Origin: Chrysemys picta bellii
Lineage: Eukaryota
Assembly (NCBI RefSeq): GCF_011386835.1
Contig: NC_088798.1
Span: forward strand, 85,126,001 to 85,190,000
Length of the DNA stretch: 64,000 nt
Direction: 5' to 3'
Numbering within the stretch: position 1 is the stretch's first letter; each line of letters begins with the position of its first letter. Of the stretch, positions 1-11,810 are shown in pieces. The notes under the pieces are model-generated. The model ran no database searches and was not told the DNA's origin. It worked only from the letters and a program-made list of their open reading frames with translations. The position numbers and the translations under genes are program-made.

Positions 1-206
1 AAGCCTTAGGGTATGAGGGATTTTACACAGCAGTTAGGATGTTTGTGAGCCTCTGTGTTAGGAGAGGAAGTGTGGTTGGTAGTGTGAGTGCAGACCTGTG
101 TCTAGCCGATGCTCTGAGAATGGAGATTCTTATATAAAAATATGTCTGTTGTTTCCAATGTCACATCCATCTTTGTACATGGTAAACAGGAATTGTGTAC
201 ATATAC

Positions 207-291
207 AACCGGATCCTCGGTGGATGTAAATCAGAATAATTCCATTGAGTTCAACAGAGTGACTTCAGTTTATACCATCTAAAGATCTAGC
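207..291. mobile_element. Degenerate short palindromic MITE (Chompy-like, probable PIF/Harbinger derivative)
   Basis: GGATCCTC..TGTAAATCAGAATAATTCCATTGAGTTCAACAGAGTGACT..AGATCTAG has the same layout as the cleaner hairpin copies at 5955 and 47177. Confidence 0.4.
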
Positions 292-2969
292 TCAACGTGA
301 GCAAAATAAACCAGGAAAGAATAATTTATCTTTCAATGAAGAACTAATACACTCCAGAGTCCAAACTCTTCTTTGACAGCTCAGAAGCCAAGAAAGTGTT
401 ATAAAACTATATTATATATTGGTACTATCTATATTAAAATTACGAGTCCAACTTTCCTTATTGAGACATGATTGGATATTGCCAAACTACTGAGGTTTCT
501 TTATGCAGTTTTAGTATTTTGGAGCAGATTCTGAGAGGTGGCATTGCTGGACTATGGGTTAAGTAGGACGGTGGAAGAAGCATCATAACTTTTTTTTTCA
601 ACTCTAAACACTTTCCATGCGCATTCATTTATTTGATGTCCAGTGGAAAAAGCTCACCACAGACCTTGGTTCTACACCCCCTCCCTCCCCTCTCCCCACA
701 CACAACTTATGCCAATGTATATGAGCATCAAGGGGATCAAGGGTGGTCTTCATCTGTTCCTGCATTTGATGAGGGGCAGAGGAAGGAGATGAAACTATCT
801 ATTGATCACAGAGCAATGTGATCAGGTCCCTCTAGCTGCTTCTAATTGATCTTCAGCTTTTCCAGTAGTTTTCTTAATACTTCTTGATGTCCTATCATTG
901 TAATTCCTCACAATAAAATGTCCCATTGGATCAAATAAAGCTCACCCCAGACACACAAAATCTTTTCAAACATGGAAAGCCTTGATTTTTAAAAATATCT
1001 AAGGGCCTCCAGACATTTCCTGTGATTTCTTCCTACTTCCCCAGCACAAAGTAAACTTTCATGTTACTTCATAACTCTCTTTATTATATCTTTCTCTCTC
1101 ATTTAAATACAAGGCCTCAAAAGCCATGATTATAGATTGCCCACAACCCACAATTTATGGATGCTACTTGCAACCTTCAAAAGCTTTTAAAAACAGTAGT
1201 GGATCTATTATTCTATATTACAGTAATTGTAGCGAAGATTTAAGAGGCACTTTGAGAAGTTTCAGTTCCATAGTATATTTTTCTTCCCGCTTCTGGTGGA
1301 AATGCAGTTGTTTCTAAAAGAACTTCCCTTTCTGATACAAAGTTTCCATTGGAACCACAGTAACTAGAACACTCTGCAAAATTAAAGATGCTGGGTGTCC
1401 TATTTGAGCTGCAACAGGGATAGAGAAGAAATATGGGCTAGAATCTTATCTCTGTTACACTGGGGCACATCCAGAGTAACTCCACCCAAGAGAAGAAATG
1501 CTTTTTGAGTTTTGCACTATAATCTTTTTAAAGTAGCTCAAATTCTGACTTGTTGGAAATGTATTAAGTTGTATGGAATCTGAGACTTGCAGATTTAAAA
1601 GTAAGGGTCCAATCCTCCAAATGCTTTTTCAGGTTAGAAGTTTTAAGGAAAACAAATGTGGGTACAGACTATTCACAAGAGAGCTCGTCAGTTTGGGTCA
1701 GAAGGGACAGATTGTGTCTGTCTCTCTTAGATGGGTGGGCAGGGCTAGAAGGTGCACTCAAAACTTCTCAGCACCCCTTTCACGGTCTGCCCAGTTGCCT
1801 CTTACAAATGCAGCCCACTGCATTTTGGTAACCACAAGAACTGCTCACTTGGGGTTCATGGCATCCCAAACTGGGCTGGGAAGAAGCAGTACCATGGATC
1901 AGCCTCCTTTTGCACTGATCTGCTGACCAGTCACATCGGGAGCAGGCTGCCCCATCCTAAAAGATGCTGCAACTTGTCCAGGCTCCCCCCTGCACACCAG
2001 GCCACCCAAAGCAGAATTATGGCTCCCAGATGCTCCACAGCACCCTCTATTGGAGCCAGTGGCTACATGACAGTTTGTAGCTATGTTCTCACATATGTGT
2101 TTTCTAGAGACCCAAGAATCAATTTTGACAGACAAGAATAGTCCCTTTCTCCCTGCTCCCCTCCTACTACCCAGAAACTCTTTAGAGTGGTCATTTTTCC
2201 CCATTAGTTTTTGTTATCATGATAACTCTGAACTTCCCCCTCTGTTTTCCAGCTAGGATTAGATGTGGAGAGGACAATCTACCATTACCACATTCCATTT
2301 GAAGTCAGTTCAGTTTTAATTTATGGTACCACATTTGCCCCAAAGCACTCATAGCTTGAGTGCCTCATGCCCCCATTTTCCCCTGTGGGCTGGGTTTCCT
2401 GGCTAGACTATCTCTTTCATGATGCACTCCAGTCATGGACTCCCACAATGCACCATTCAGCAAAGTCAGAGGTGAGTCTGTGTTGCATCATGGGTCAGAG
2501 ACTGCTGTCAAAGAAGCAGAAGAAAAGCACCAAGGGTAGGAGTTTGAGTAATAGGTAATAATAAGAGGCTGGGGGCTAGAAGTGTGTATCTGATGAACAC
2601 TGATCTGTCCAGAAGATTCCTCCATGAAGTAAGGTCTGTATTTCAGTCATATAAATTCTTCCAGCTCCTATATTGTTACCCGGAAGCACCAATCAAGATC
2701 AGAGCCCCATTATGCTAAGCATTGTGCAAATACATGAAAGCATTTTACAGCAAGCAAGCCCCTTTCTTTCTCTCAAGATCAGCTGTCTAGATTTTGCAGC
2801 CAAAATGTCTGAGTCTGGCCTTGCAAATTTGATAGCCACCATCTTAAGTGACACACCAGAGACTGAAACAGGCACCCCTCCAGCACTAAAAAGCATGAGC
2901 TGTTTCCATTTGAGCTAGATAACCAATGCTCCCTAGCTGGGGCTGTCACAGACTCACATCCTCTGCAGA

Positions 2970-3682
2970 CAGGGCCGGTGCTACCATTAAGGCGAACTAG
3001 GCAGTGGCCTAGGGCGGCAAGATTTGGGGGCGCCAAAATGCGGTGCCCCCAATTTTTTTCTACAGCATTCCTCCCCGAGGGCACGGTCACCGCTCCACTT
3101 CTCCAGCCTCCCAGGCTTGCAGCGCCAATCAGCTGTTTGGCGCCGCAAGCCTGGGAGGAGAATTAGAGCAGGGGCAGCGTGCTGGAGGAGGAGGTGGAGC
3201 AGAGGTGAGCTGGGGTGGGGAGGTGCCGCATGGCTCCTTGGGCCGGGGGGGGGGGACCTGCTGCAGGTGTGCCTAGGGCTGGGGGGGAGCTGCCACAGGG
3301 CTCTCCACCCCAGCTCACCTCTGCTGCACCCCCTCCCCGAGCACACCGTCGCTGCTCCACTTCTCCCACCTCCCAGGCTTGTGGCACCAATCAGCTGTTT
3401 GGCGCTGCAAGCCTGGGAGGGGAGGAGAATTAGAGCGGAGGCGGCGTGCTCGGGGAGGAGGCGGAGCAGAGGTGAGCTGGGGTGGGGAGCTGCCGCACAG
3501 CTCCCCGCGGGGGGAGCTACCATGGGGGGGGGGCACCTCAGGGCAGAGGAGCAGGACAGGGAGCTGCCGTGGGGGGGGCGCCTCAGGGCGGAGAGGAGGA
3601 CGGGGAGCTGCCGCAGGGCTGGGGTGGGGGGCGCAAGGTGGAAGTTTTGCCTAGGGTGTGAAACTTCCTTGCACCGGCCCTG
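2970..3682. mobile_element. Non-autonomous hAT transposon (713 bp, GC-rich)
   Basis: Perfect 12-bp TIRs CAGGGCCGGTGC / GCACCGGCCCTG. Perfect 8-bp TSD TCTGCAGA (2962-2969 and 3683-3690). An 8-bp TSD is typical of hAT. Confidence 0.9.
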
Positions 3683-3874
3683 TCTGCAGATCAGCACAGA
3701 CAGCAACCTCTAACACATTACCCCCGGCAGGTTACATAAACATATCACAGGAAATCTGGTTCTTTATGCAGAATGTCCCAAAATTAGACCTTCCCTAAAG
3801 CACAGTGGAATTTCATTTTACCTAACCCAGTGCAATATGCTAAATTTTCCTTCTCTAGATGGAATCTAATAGAC

Positions 3875-4255
3875 CTATAGACTAAGGCCAGAAGGAACCA
3901 TCATGTCTGATTTTGCAGGCCACAGAACTTCGCCACCCACTCCTGAAATGGGCCCATAACTTCTGAGTTACTGAAATGCTCAAATCTTGATTCACAGACT
4001 TCCACCATTTTACTCTAGTTCAAACCTGCAAGTGACCCATGCCCCATGCTGCAGGGGAAGGCAAAACCCCCACAGGGTCTCTACCAGTCTGACCTGAGAG
4101 AAAATTTCTTCCTAACCCCAAACATGACGATCAGTTAGATCCTGAGCATGTGGATCCACCAGCAAGACACCTGGGAAAGAATTCTCTGTAATAACTCAAA
4201 GCCCTCCCCACCTAGTGACTCATCTTGGGCCACTGGAGATATTTACTATTAGGTA
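3875..4255 (-). mobile_element. Old CR1 LINE 3' fragment
   Basis: Starts with CTATAGACTAAGGCCAGAAGGAACCATCAT, which resembles the reverse complement of a CR1 3' end, and contains GAAAATTTCTTCCTAACCCC, also seen in the fragment at 57.9 kb. Confidence 0.5.
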
Positions 4256-5954
4256 GCTTCCCTTAAATTCTGCTTAGATTTTCTATTTCTTGGAAACTTT
4301 AAAAGCAACACTTTTTTAAGTTAAGAAGAGGTTCCTTTTGTTTTCGTTTTAGGTAGTGTAGTAAAAGAACAAGAGTATCAGTTGCGTGTGTGCAGTAACA
4401 TCATCACCTTAAAATAAGGATAACTTTTAAGAGGAGAATAAATGATCATTGGCTTTGGGTTTTGATTAGCGTGCTACTTACAGGGCAGCCTCACTGATGG
4501 CTCATCAAACTTTAAATTACTGTTATGTTACCCTTTGGTATTCACTGCCACATCTTTGACGTCTACCCTTCACCAAAAACCGCTGGTGCCACCTGGGCTC
4601 AGTCTCTATCTCATCCCAGACAAAGTGGAGGGTAGACCTAATGGGGAAGAGAGGAAACCTCCTTGCTCCTTCTCAAGGTTTCAGTGGAGAAGAAGTGAAA
4701 AAAGCTTCCAGCTGTTCTGGGCAACAAGGAAACCCATGGATTCACCACCTGTGAGGACTGAAGAGCCATTCCTGCCTGCTCCCAGCCTCTGTGGTGGTGA
4801 AACACCAGCTCTGTTTCTGACTACAGAGGAGAGGAGGGAACCAGAAGTGGTGAGATGGGGTTGGAGTCAAAGCTCCAGGTAGCAGGAAGCACTATCCAAA
4901 TAGCAAATCCAGTGAAACATTACTCTTTCTATGCCTATGTGCCAAATTGTAGAGACCTGTGCACATTCCTGATTAGCTTCTCACTCTGATAGCCATGGAG
5001 ACCTTTGCATTCCCTGTCAAATTTCTTGGCTTGGAAGGCACTTTGTTGCTGTTTCTCCACCTAATTCCCATCTGGACTTTCTTCAGTGTGCCTCTTTGTA
5101 TAGCGATGTCGGAAATAAACTTGCCCTATTTCAATGGCTGAGCCCCAGCTGGACTGCTGCTGCTGTCCCTGAGATGCATGGACTCAAAAGTACTCCAGCT
5201 CAGAGTGCTCCTGAAGGGCACTATTGTGATGATACATTTCAGTGTTTGCCAGAGCCTGGCAGGGGTTGGTGAACAAACTCTTTCTCAAAAAACTATGCAC
5301 ATTTATCCAGGTTTTTTCACTGTTCTCTTCCTAATGAGAAGAAAACAACATTGCACATACACTGTAAACAAAAGTAAGTGTTCCTGCTTCGTTTTGTATG
5401 GCGCAGTTTCCATGTAAATTACAGCACAGTGAGATGCTCGGCTATTCTGCCCAGCAGTATTTTATGATTTTAATTTGTTTAAATGCTCTGAATTTCATTA
5501 TATTTTCCCATTGGGTGCATGGGATTTGTACAGTTAACAGATGTTCATTTAATAGGCCCTCATAGTGAGCAAATCAGGGTTCCCCCCACCCACCCCTCGG
5601 TATTAGTACAACTTACGGTACCAACTCTATGGCAGCAACATTAGTTTCTCGCCAAGTTATCTGGCAGTGGAAGATATTCAGAAAGACGCAACAACTCTTA
5701 GCAAGTGTTAAGCAATGTATTTGACTCCTTTAGCAATGTACCCTACTAACGCATGTTTGGCTTTCAATGGCTTTGCTCCTTCCTTGTTAGCAATATGCTG
5801 TAGAGCCTGGAGCAACAGACCAGAAACCAGCCAACAATCACTGCTTTATGAAAAACAGTTCTGTTGCTGAATCAATATTTTCGTAGCCCCAAGCTACTGT
5901 AAATGTCAGGATTTTTAATGCTGCCAAAATACTGATATGTTGTTTCCAAATCAA

Positions 5955-6048
5955 GGTCCAGATTCTGATCTCTGTTACGCTGGTGTAAGTAGACTTCCGC
6001 AGAATTACTCTGGTTTTATGCCAGCGTAACAGAGAACAGAATCTGGCT
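5955..6048. mobile_element. Palindromic MITE (Chompy-like)
   Basis: 26-bp inverted arms CCAGATTCTGATCTCTGTTACGCTGG (5958-5983) and CCAGCGTAACAGAGAACAGAATCTGG (6021-6046) with one mismatch. Confidence 0.7.
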
Positions 6049-7753
6049 CCATATGTCCTGGTTCAATACTGTGTTTATTTTCCATCCTGTGTTTTATAAG
6101 TCTTTTGTAGAACCTCAAAACCTCAAGGGAAAGCATGAGGTCAAAGACCCAAACTTTCATTTGGACAGCTGTTGTGCATCATTCTTATTGCTCAGCCTCC
6201 ATTCCCTCATCTATTTCCAACTCTTCCTGTGAACATTAGCCAGGTCACTTACAATTAATCATTTTCCCAGATAAGACTCCTGCGATTTTTTCTGAGGCTG
6301 TTAATCCAGAGAACAAAAAAAATGTTTTTTAATTAAGATAACTAGAACTGGCTGTGCATATTCAAGCTGGGCTCAGTGGCAAAAAGGAGCCTGAGAGAGA
6401 AGGAAACTGACCAAAGACATTAAATGGGGGAGAGGTAGGAAAGATGTAATGGCTTATGCGGCTAATCAAAGGCCAAAAAGTTGTGATTCCCCCAAACAGT
6501 GAGAGAAAGGGACTTACATGAGTCAGAGAAAGACTTCTGCAATGAGAGGAGGCTAGACTTGCTTTTATCGAGCGAGTTAGGTCACAGTCTTTTGGGTCAG
6601 CATACAATCAACAACCCAGGAGTGTTAATTAATATTTCTTGTGCATGGCCATGCTCTTCAGTTTTAATTGGTGACAAGTGAGCAACCCAAGAATTATAAA
6701 TGAAATTTCATTTATCTGTGTATAGCTGATCAATATTCACTCAGCATGCAACGACTCCTTGCATCTCAGAGGAATAAAATAAATTGTCAGTCAGCAGCAT
6801 GGTTTTGTTGTTGTTGGAATTTTTTCTACCTAAATTATTCACCTTCTCGAAAGGCAATTTGATAAATGTTTATTTCTTCATAATGCATTCTAACAACTGC
6901 TGATTTGTGACACTTGCTGTGAAGAGAATTTAAATTCAGAACAGGTGCTCTCGGTAAGAAAATGTTAAGAGGTATGAACAAGAAAGGGCTGTTGGAATGT
7001 TTCTCTTTCCACTTCAGATATTGCAATGGCCTCCCATAGCATAAGGGGCACTAATTGAATTTAAGAGATGTAATAAGTGAGAAATGCACCCATTCACATC
7101 ACATCACAATGAAAGCCAACTCAACAGTCTTGGCAGTAGCAGCTGCAGCAGCACCAGAACATCACATAAGCACCAATTTCACAGCCAAGCAGAAGAGCCT
7201 GTGGAGCTGTAAAGTTTGCAGATGAGTGCTAGCTGAGGGCAGACCTTTATATTTTGTGGTGAAAGAGTCACAAGAACTTTCCCAGATAGGCTGAAATACC
7301 AAGGAATCATTTTGACCAATGATAATCCTTGACTGGTGTCATTTTCTTTGTAGCTTCAGAAAAATAGTTGACTGAAATTCTCCCCTCTTACCTGAAATTG
7401 AGCTATACAGTTCTTTGGTATTCTACATAATCTGGCACCATGCACAGTTTGAAAAATACAGAGTCTGTCACAAATCCTTTTTCTACATCAAGGCATTCTA
7501 GATTCTGAAGCATACAGTCAGTACGGTTTTTACTAAGGAACTGAATCTTAAAAGATTAGCATCAGTTCTATTATTATTTTCAGCAACTACAAGACACAAT
7601 TCCTACCACAAGGAGCTCACAAACAAAGACCCTGATCTTGCAAACTCTAATAAACATGAGCACTGGTATCAGTGGAACTCCACGTGCAGGTAAAGTTATA
7701 CATTTTTGCAGGATTGGGACCTAATTTAAGACATGACCCAAATGAGATGGATA

Positions 7754-7965
7754 AAAAATGGTTACCTTTCATAACTGTTGTTCTTTGAGATGTTTTGCTC
7801 ATGCCCATTCTAAGTAGGAGTGTGCGTGCCACATGCACAGTCATCAGCAGGTTTTCCCCCTAGAGGTACCCATCGGATCAGCTGTGGAGCCTCCTAGAGT
7901 TGCACCTTAATGGTGGTGTATGTACGTCCCTGCCAACCTGCTGCCTCCTCAGTTCCTTCTTGCCG
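7754..7965 (-). repeat. DIRS 3' inverted terminal repeat with terminal extension
   Basis: GTTCTTTGAGATGTTTTGCTCATG..CCACATGCACA..GGTTTTCCCCCTAG..CTGCCTCCTCAGTTC is a diverged reverse complement of 15480-15676. Confidence 0.85.
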
Positions 7966-8000
7966 GAGTACTCTGGCGGAGGGGCAGCGGGTGGGTCTTG

Positions 8001-8099
8001 GAATGGACATGAGCAACACATCTTGAAGAACAACAGTTACAAAAGGTAGGTAACCATTTTTTTCTTCTTTGAGTGCTTGCTCATGTCAATTCCAAGTAG
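8001..8099 (-). repeat. DIRS internal complementary region (ICR)
   Basis: 8002-8060 is the reverse complement of the element's left end (7754-7812). 8063-8099 (TTCTTCTTTGAGTGCTTGCTCATGTCAATTCCAAGTAG) is the reverse complement of the right end. Together they reproduce the circle junction. Confidence 0.85.
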
Positions 8100-8136
8100 A
8101 TGACTCCCAAGCAGTTCCAGGAGGAGGGATCAGAGT

Positions 8137-9190
8137 TCACTGAGTTGCAGACTGCAGCACCATTCTGCCACATGCTGCATTGTCTCTAGCCTGCTGAGTA
8201 ATGGCATAGTGCAACGTAAAGGTGTGGATTGATGGACCACGTTGATGGCCTGCAGATGTCCTGAATGGGGACCTGCACCAAAAACGCTGCAGAGGAAGCC
8301 TGTGTCCTGGTGGAGTGCGCTGTCAATCCTGGGGAGGTATCTTTGCTAGGTCATAGCACACCCTGATACAGGCCATGATCCATGACGAGATCCTTTGGGA
8401 CGACACCAGGAGTCCCCCTCATCCGCTCAGCAATTGCAATGAAGAGCTGTGTCAACTTTCGAAATGGCTTCATCCTTTCTATGTAAAAAGCCTAATGCTC
8501 ATCTGACATCCAGGGAATGGAGCATCCGTTCCCAGTTACTAACATGTGGCTTAGGGAAGAACAATGGAAGAAAAATGTCCTGATTTGCGTGGAATTGCGA
8601 AACTACCTTTGGGAGGAAGGCCGGATGCGGCAACAACTGTACCTTGTCCTTGTAAAAAACAGTATGAGGGAGCTCAGTTGTTAAGGCCTTAAGCTCAGAC
8701 ATCCTTCTGGCAGAAGTTATGGCCACAAAGAATGCCACTTCCAGGAAAGATGGAAGAGAGAACATGTTGCTAGGGGCTCAAAAGGAGGGCCCATCAGCCT
8801 TAAGAGCACCAGGTTGAGATCCCCTGGGGGGAATGGCTGTCTTACTGGAGGGTACAGTCTATCTAGTCCTTTGAGGAAGCAGCCAACCATGGGGTTAGCA
8901 AATACTGACCGGCCAGCAGAACCAGAATGGAAAGCCAAGATGGTGGCCAGGTGCACCTTTACTGATAACACTGCCAGGCCTTGCTGTTTCAGATGCATAA
9001 ATAGTCCAGAATGGAAGGAATCAATGACTGTAACAGTGGAGTGTCTTTTTTGCAGAGACCAGATTGAGAATCTCTTCCACTTAGCCAGATAAGTGACTCA
9101 AGTGGATGGGTTCCTGCTGCCAAGAAAAACCTCCCTAACAGAGTCTGAGCATGCAAGCTCCAAGGAGTTTAGCCATGTGGTGAGGTGGAG
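8137..9190 (-). pseudogene. DIRS tyrosine recombinase, disrupted
   Basis: ORFs 8717-8998 and 8499-8765 plus manual translation give SARRMSEL (catalytic Arg), AHSTR (about 8306-8320) and TFTLHYA (catalytic Tyr), with a stop at 8137-8139. Several frameshifts and stops are present. Confidence 0.85.
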
Positions 9191-9606
9191 AGACGCTAGG
9201 TTGGGATGCTGGAGGGAGCCATGATCCTGTGGGATCAAGTCGGGGACCAGGGGCAGTGTTACACTGGTCTACAATTTTTGAGAAGTCGTCTGCTTCAGAG
9301 ATAAAATGTGCTATTTATTATGTATTTTGCTGTGCTGAATTCAAATATGACAATTAAAACAACTGATTGGCTACTGTTTCTAAGATATTTTAGTTTTTAC
9401 ATTTTATGTCTATGTATATTGTGTAGATAGTAGAGTTTTAATCGTATATTGTAAACCTAGGTCTTTTCATGTGTTTATGGTTGCTTTACATGATAATATT
9501 TCACCTGTCCTGTTTATGTAACACTTTAAAAATCAGCAAAAGGGTTATATAAATAAAATTTATTATGAAACAAAAGGCAAAAAACTATTATGTACATAGT
9601 TTAGTC

Positions 9607-11301
9607 CTATTCAGTGTCTACTCGGCGCGTCTTGGCTTGTCTCTTGTATTCATTAAATGGAGCATCTCTTGTCACTGTCCAGCAATAGTCTGCAAGCATT
9701 GATGGGCTCCATTTGCCCTGATAGCGTTTCTCCATTGTTACAATGACCTGGTGAAATCGCTCGCCGTGCTCGTCGCTCACTGCTCCGCAGTTCGGTGGAA
9801 AAAAATCTAGATGAGAGTGCAAAAAATGTCTCTTTAGTGACATGTTGCAATCAAGGCTTTTGTATGCCTTGAGGAGGTTTTCCACCAACAACCTGTAGTT
9901 GTCTGCCTTGTTGTTTCCGAGAAAATTTATTGCCACTAACTGGAAGGCTTTCCATGCCGTCTTTTCCTTGCCATGCAGTGCATGGTCAAATGCATCATCT
10001 CAAAGAAGTTCATGAATCTGAGGACCAACAAAGACACCTTCCTTTATCTTAGCTTCACTTAACCTTGGAAATTTTCCATGGAGGTACTTGAAAGCTGCTT
10101 GTGTTTTGTCAATGGCCTTGACAAAGTTCTTCATCAGACCCAACTTGATGTGTAAGGGTGGTAACAAAATCTTCCTTGATTCAACAAGTGGTGGATGCTG
10201 AACACTTTTCCTTCCTGGCTCCAATGACTGTCGGAGTGGCCAGTCTTTCTTGATGTAGTGGGAATCTCTTGCATGACTATCCCATTCACAGAGAAAACAG
10301 CAGTACTTCGTGTATCCAGTCTGCAGACCAAGCAAGAGAGCAACAATCTTCAAATCGCTACAAAGCTGCCACTGATGTTGCTCATAGTTTATGCACCTCA
10401 AAAGTTGTTTCATGTTGTCATAGGTTTCCTTCATATGGACTCCATGACCAACTGGAATTGATGGCAAAACATTGCCATTATGCAGTAAAACAGCTTTAAG
10501 ACTCGTCTTCGATGAATCAATGAACAGTCTCCACTCATCTGGATTGTGAACGATGTTGAGGGGTGCCATCACACCATCCATGTTGTTGGCAGGCTACAAG
10601 ATCACCTTCCATGAAGAAGAATGGGACAAGATCCTTTTGACGGTCACAAAACATGGAAACCCTAACATCACCTGCCAGGAGATTCCACTGCTGTAGTCTG
10701 GAGCCCAACAGCTCTGCTTACTCTTGGGTAGTTCCAAATCCCTGACAAGGTCATTCAGTTCACCTTGTGTTATGAGGTGTGGTTCAGAGGAGGAGGATGG
10801 GAGAAAATGTGGGTCCTGTGACATTGATGGTTCAGGACCAGAAGTTTCATCCTCTTCCTCTTCCTCGTCTGACTTAAGTGAGAATGATTCTGGTGCATCA
10901 GGAACCGGCAGTCCTTCTCCGTGGGGTACTGGGCGTATAGCTGATGGAATGTTTGGATAATGCACAGTCCACTTTTTCTTCTTTGACACACCTTTCCCAA
11001 CTGGAGGCACCATGCAGAAGTAACAATTGCTGGTATGATCTGTTGGCTCTCTCCAAATCATTGGCACTGCAAAAGGCATAGATTTCCTTTTCCTGTTCAA
11101 CCACTGGCGAAGATTTGTTGCACAAGTGTTGCAGCATATGTGTGGGGCCCACCTCTTGTCCTGATCTCCAATTTTGCAGCCAAAATAAAGGTGATAGGCT
11201 TTCTTAACCATAGTGGTTATACTGCGCTTTTGTGATGCAAAAGTCACTTCACCACAAACATAGCAGAAGTTATCTGCACTGTTCACACAAGTACGAGGCA
11301 T
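9607..11301 (-). pseudogene. Chapaev3 transposase (~564 codons) with three visible lesions
   Basis: ORFs 10594-11301, 10000-10581 and 9607-9936 share one frame. Cys-rich N-terminus (FCYVC, HICCNTC, CYFC), FIDSSK, CFLC, LPPLHIKLG, HFLHSH and SDEHGERFHQ. Lesions: -1 near 10717, +1 near 10589 and a TGA at 10000-10002 (probably CGA>TGA). Confidence 0.85.
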
Positions 11302-11419
11302 CTCTGCTCACTTTGGCTAAACAGAAATGTGTCCCTTTGCAAAATCAAACACTGACAAATAAGAGAGCACGACACTGTATGATTTCTAGAACTGATATAG
11401 GGCAATTTGTTCAGCAGAG

Positions 11420-11519
11420 TGATGTAAGCTTCCTTATGATTGCATCATCCATGACTTCTAGGAATAACATGATGCAATTCATATCATGTATGATGCAATA
11501 CCAGCTTCAGATTGCATCA
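11420..11519. promoter_or_regulatory. Cluster of CARE/AARE-type TGATGCAAT motifs upstream of the transposase
   Basis: ATTGCATCA 11439-11447, TGATGCAAT 11470-11478, TGATGCAAT 11491-11499, ATTGCATCA 11511-11519 and TGATGTAAG 11420-11428, about 120-220 bp upstream of the ATG at 11301. Function is inferred. Confidence 0.5.
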
Positions 11520-11810
11520 CTCATTGTTTTGCCTAAAAAACAAGTACTGTCCAAACCCAGGCATAGATTTATTCATAGATCCAGTCAAAGATGTATTTTA
11601 GTCATTTCTGGTTAAATTGAGATCCCTTCCCTTTATAACTCACTTATCCTCCGCCATTCTCAAGCCAAGGGTCGTATATACTGACCCAATAGCATATCTT
11701 GAAAACTAGAGCCAATCAACAATTTTAAGCATCATTTTCGTTCTCAGTGACCCAGAATTAGTAAAGTTTGACTACATTTATTTCAGAAGCATTTTGGCTG
11801 TAGACCAGTG

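Larger units (their letters stand above)
9262..11810 (-). mobile_element. Full-length Chapaev3 (CMC-Chapaev-3) DNA transposon, 2549 bp
   Basis: Perfect 12-bp TIRs CACTGGTCTACA (9262-9273) / TGTAGACCAGTG (11799-11810). 3-bp TSD TTA (9259-9261 and 11811-11813). Imperfect subterminal inverted repeat (9335-9388 vs 11694-11747). Single transposase gene. Confidence 0.85.

Noticed and set aside
2978-3713. Many overlapping 60-240 aa Gly/Pro/Arg-rich ORFs on both strands
   Set aside because: All lie inside a GC-rich hAT MITE, where stop codons are rare. They show no domain features.
4532-4637. Possible 106-bp minus-strand exon (STLHFVWDEIETEPRWHQRFLVKGRRQRCGSEYQR)
   Set aside because: The donor (GTAACA) is weak, the peptide is unrecognised, and the flank looks like old repeat sequence.
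7392-7504. Possible minus-strand exon with a strong CAG/GTAAG donor
   Set aside because: All three frames contain stops. It could only be non-coding, and nothing else supports it.
10134-11615. Alternative-frame and antisense ORFs over the Chapaev3 transposase
   Set aside because: Shadows of the transposase coding sequence.
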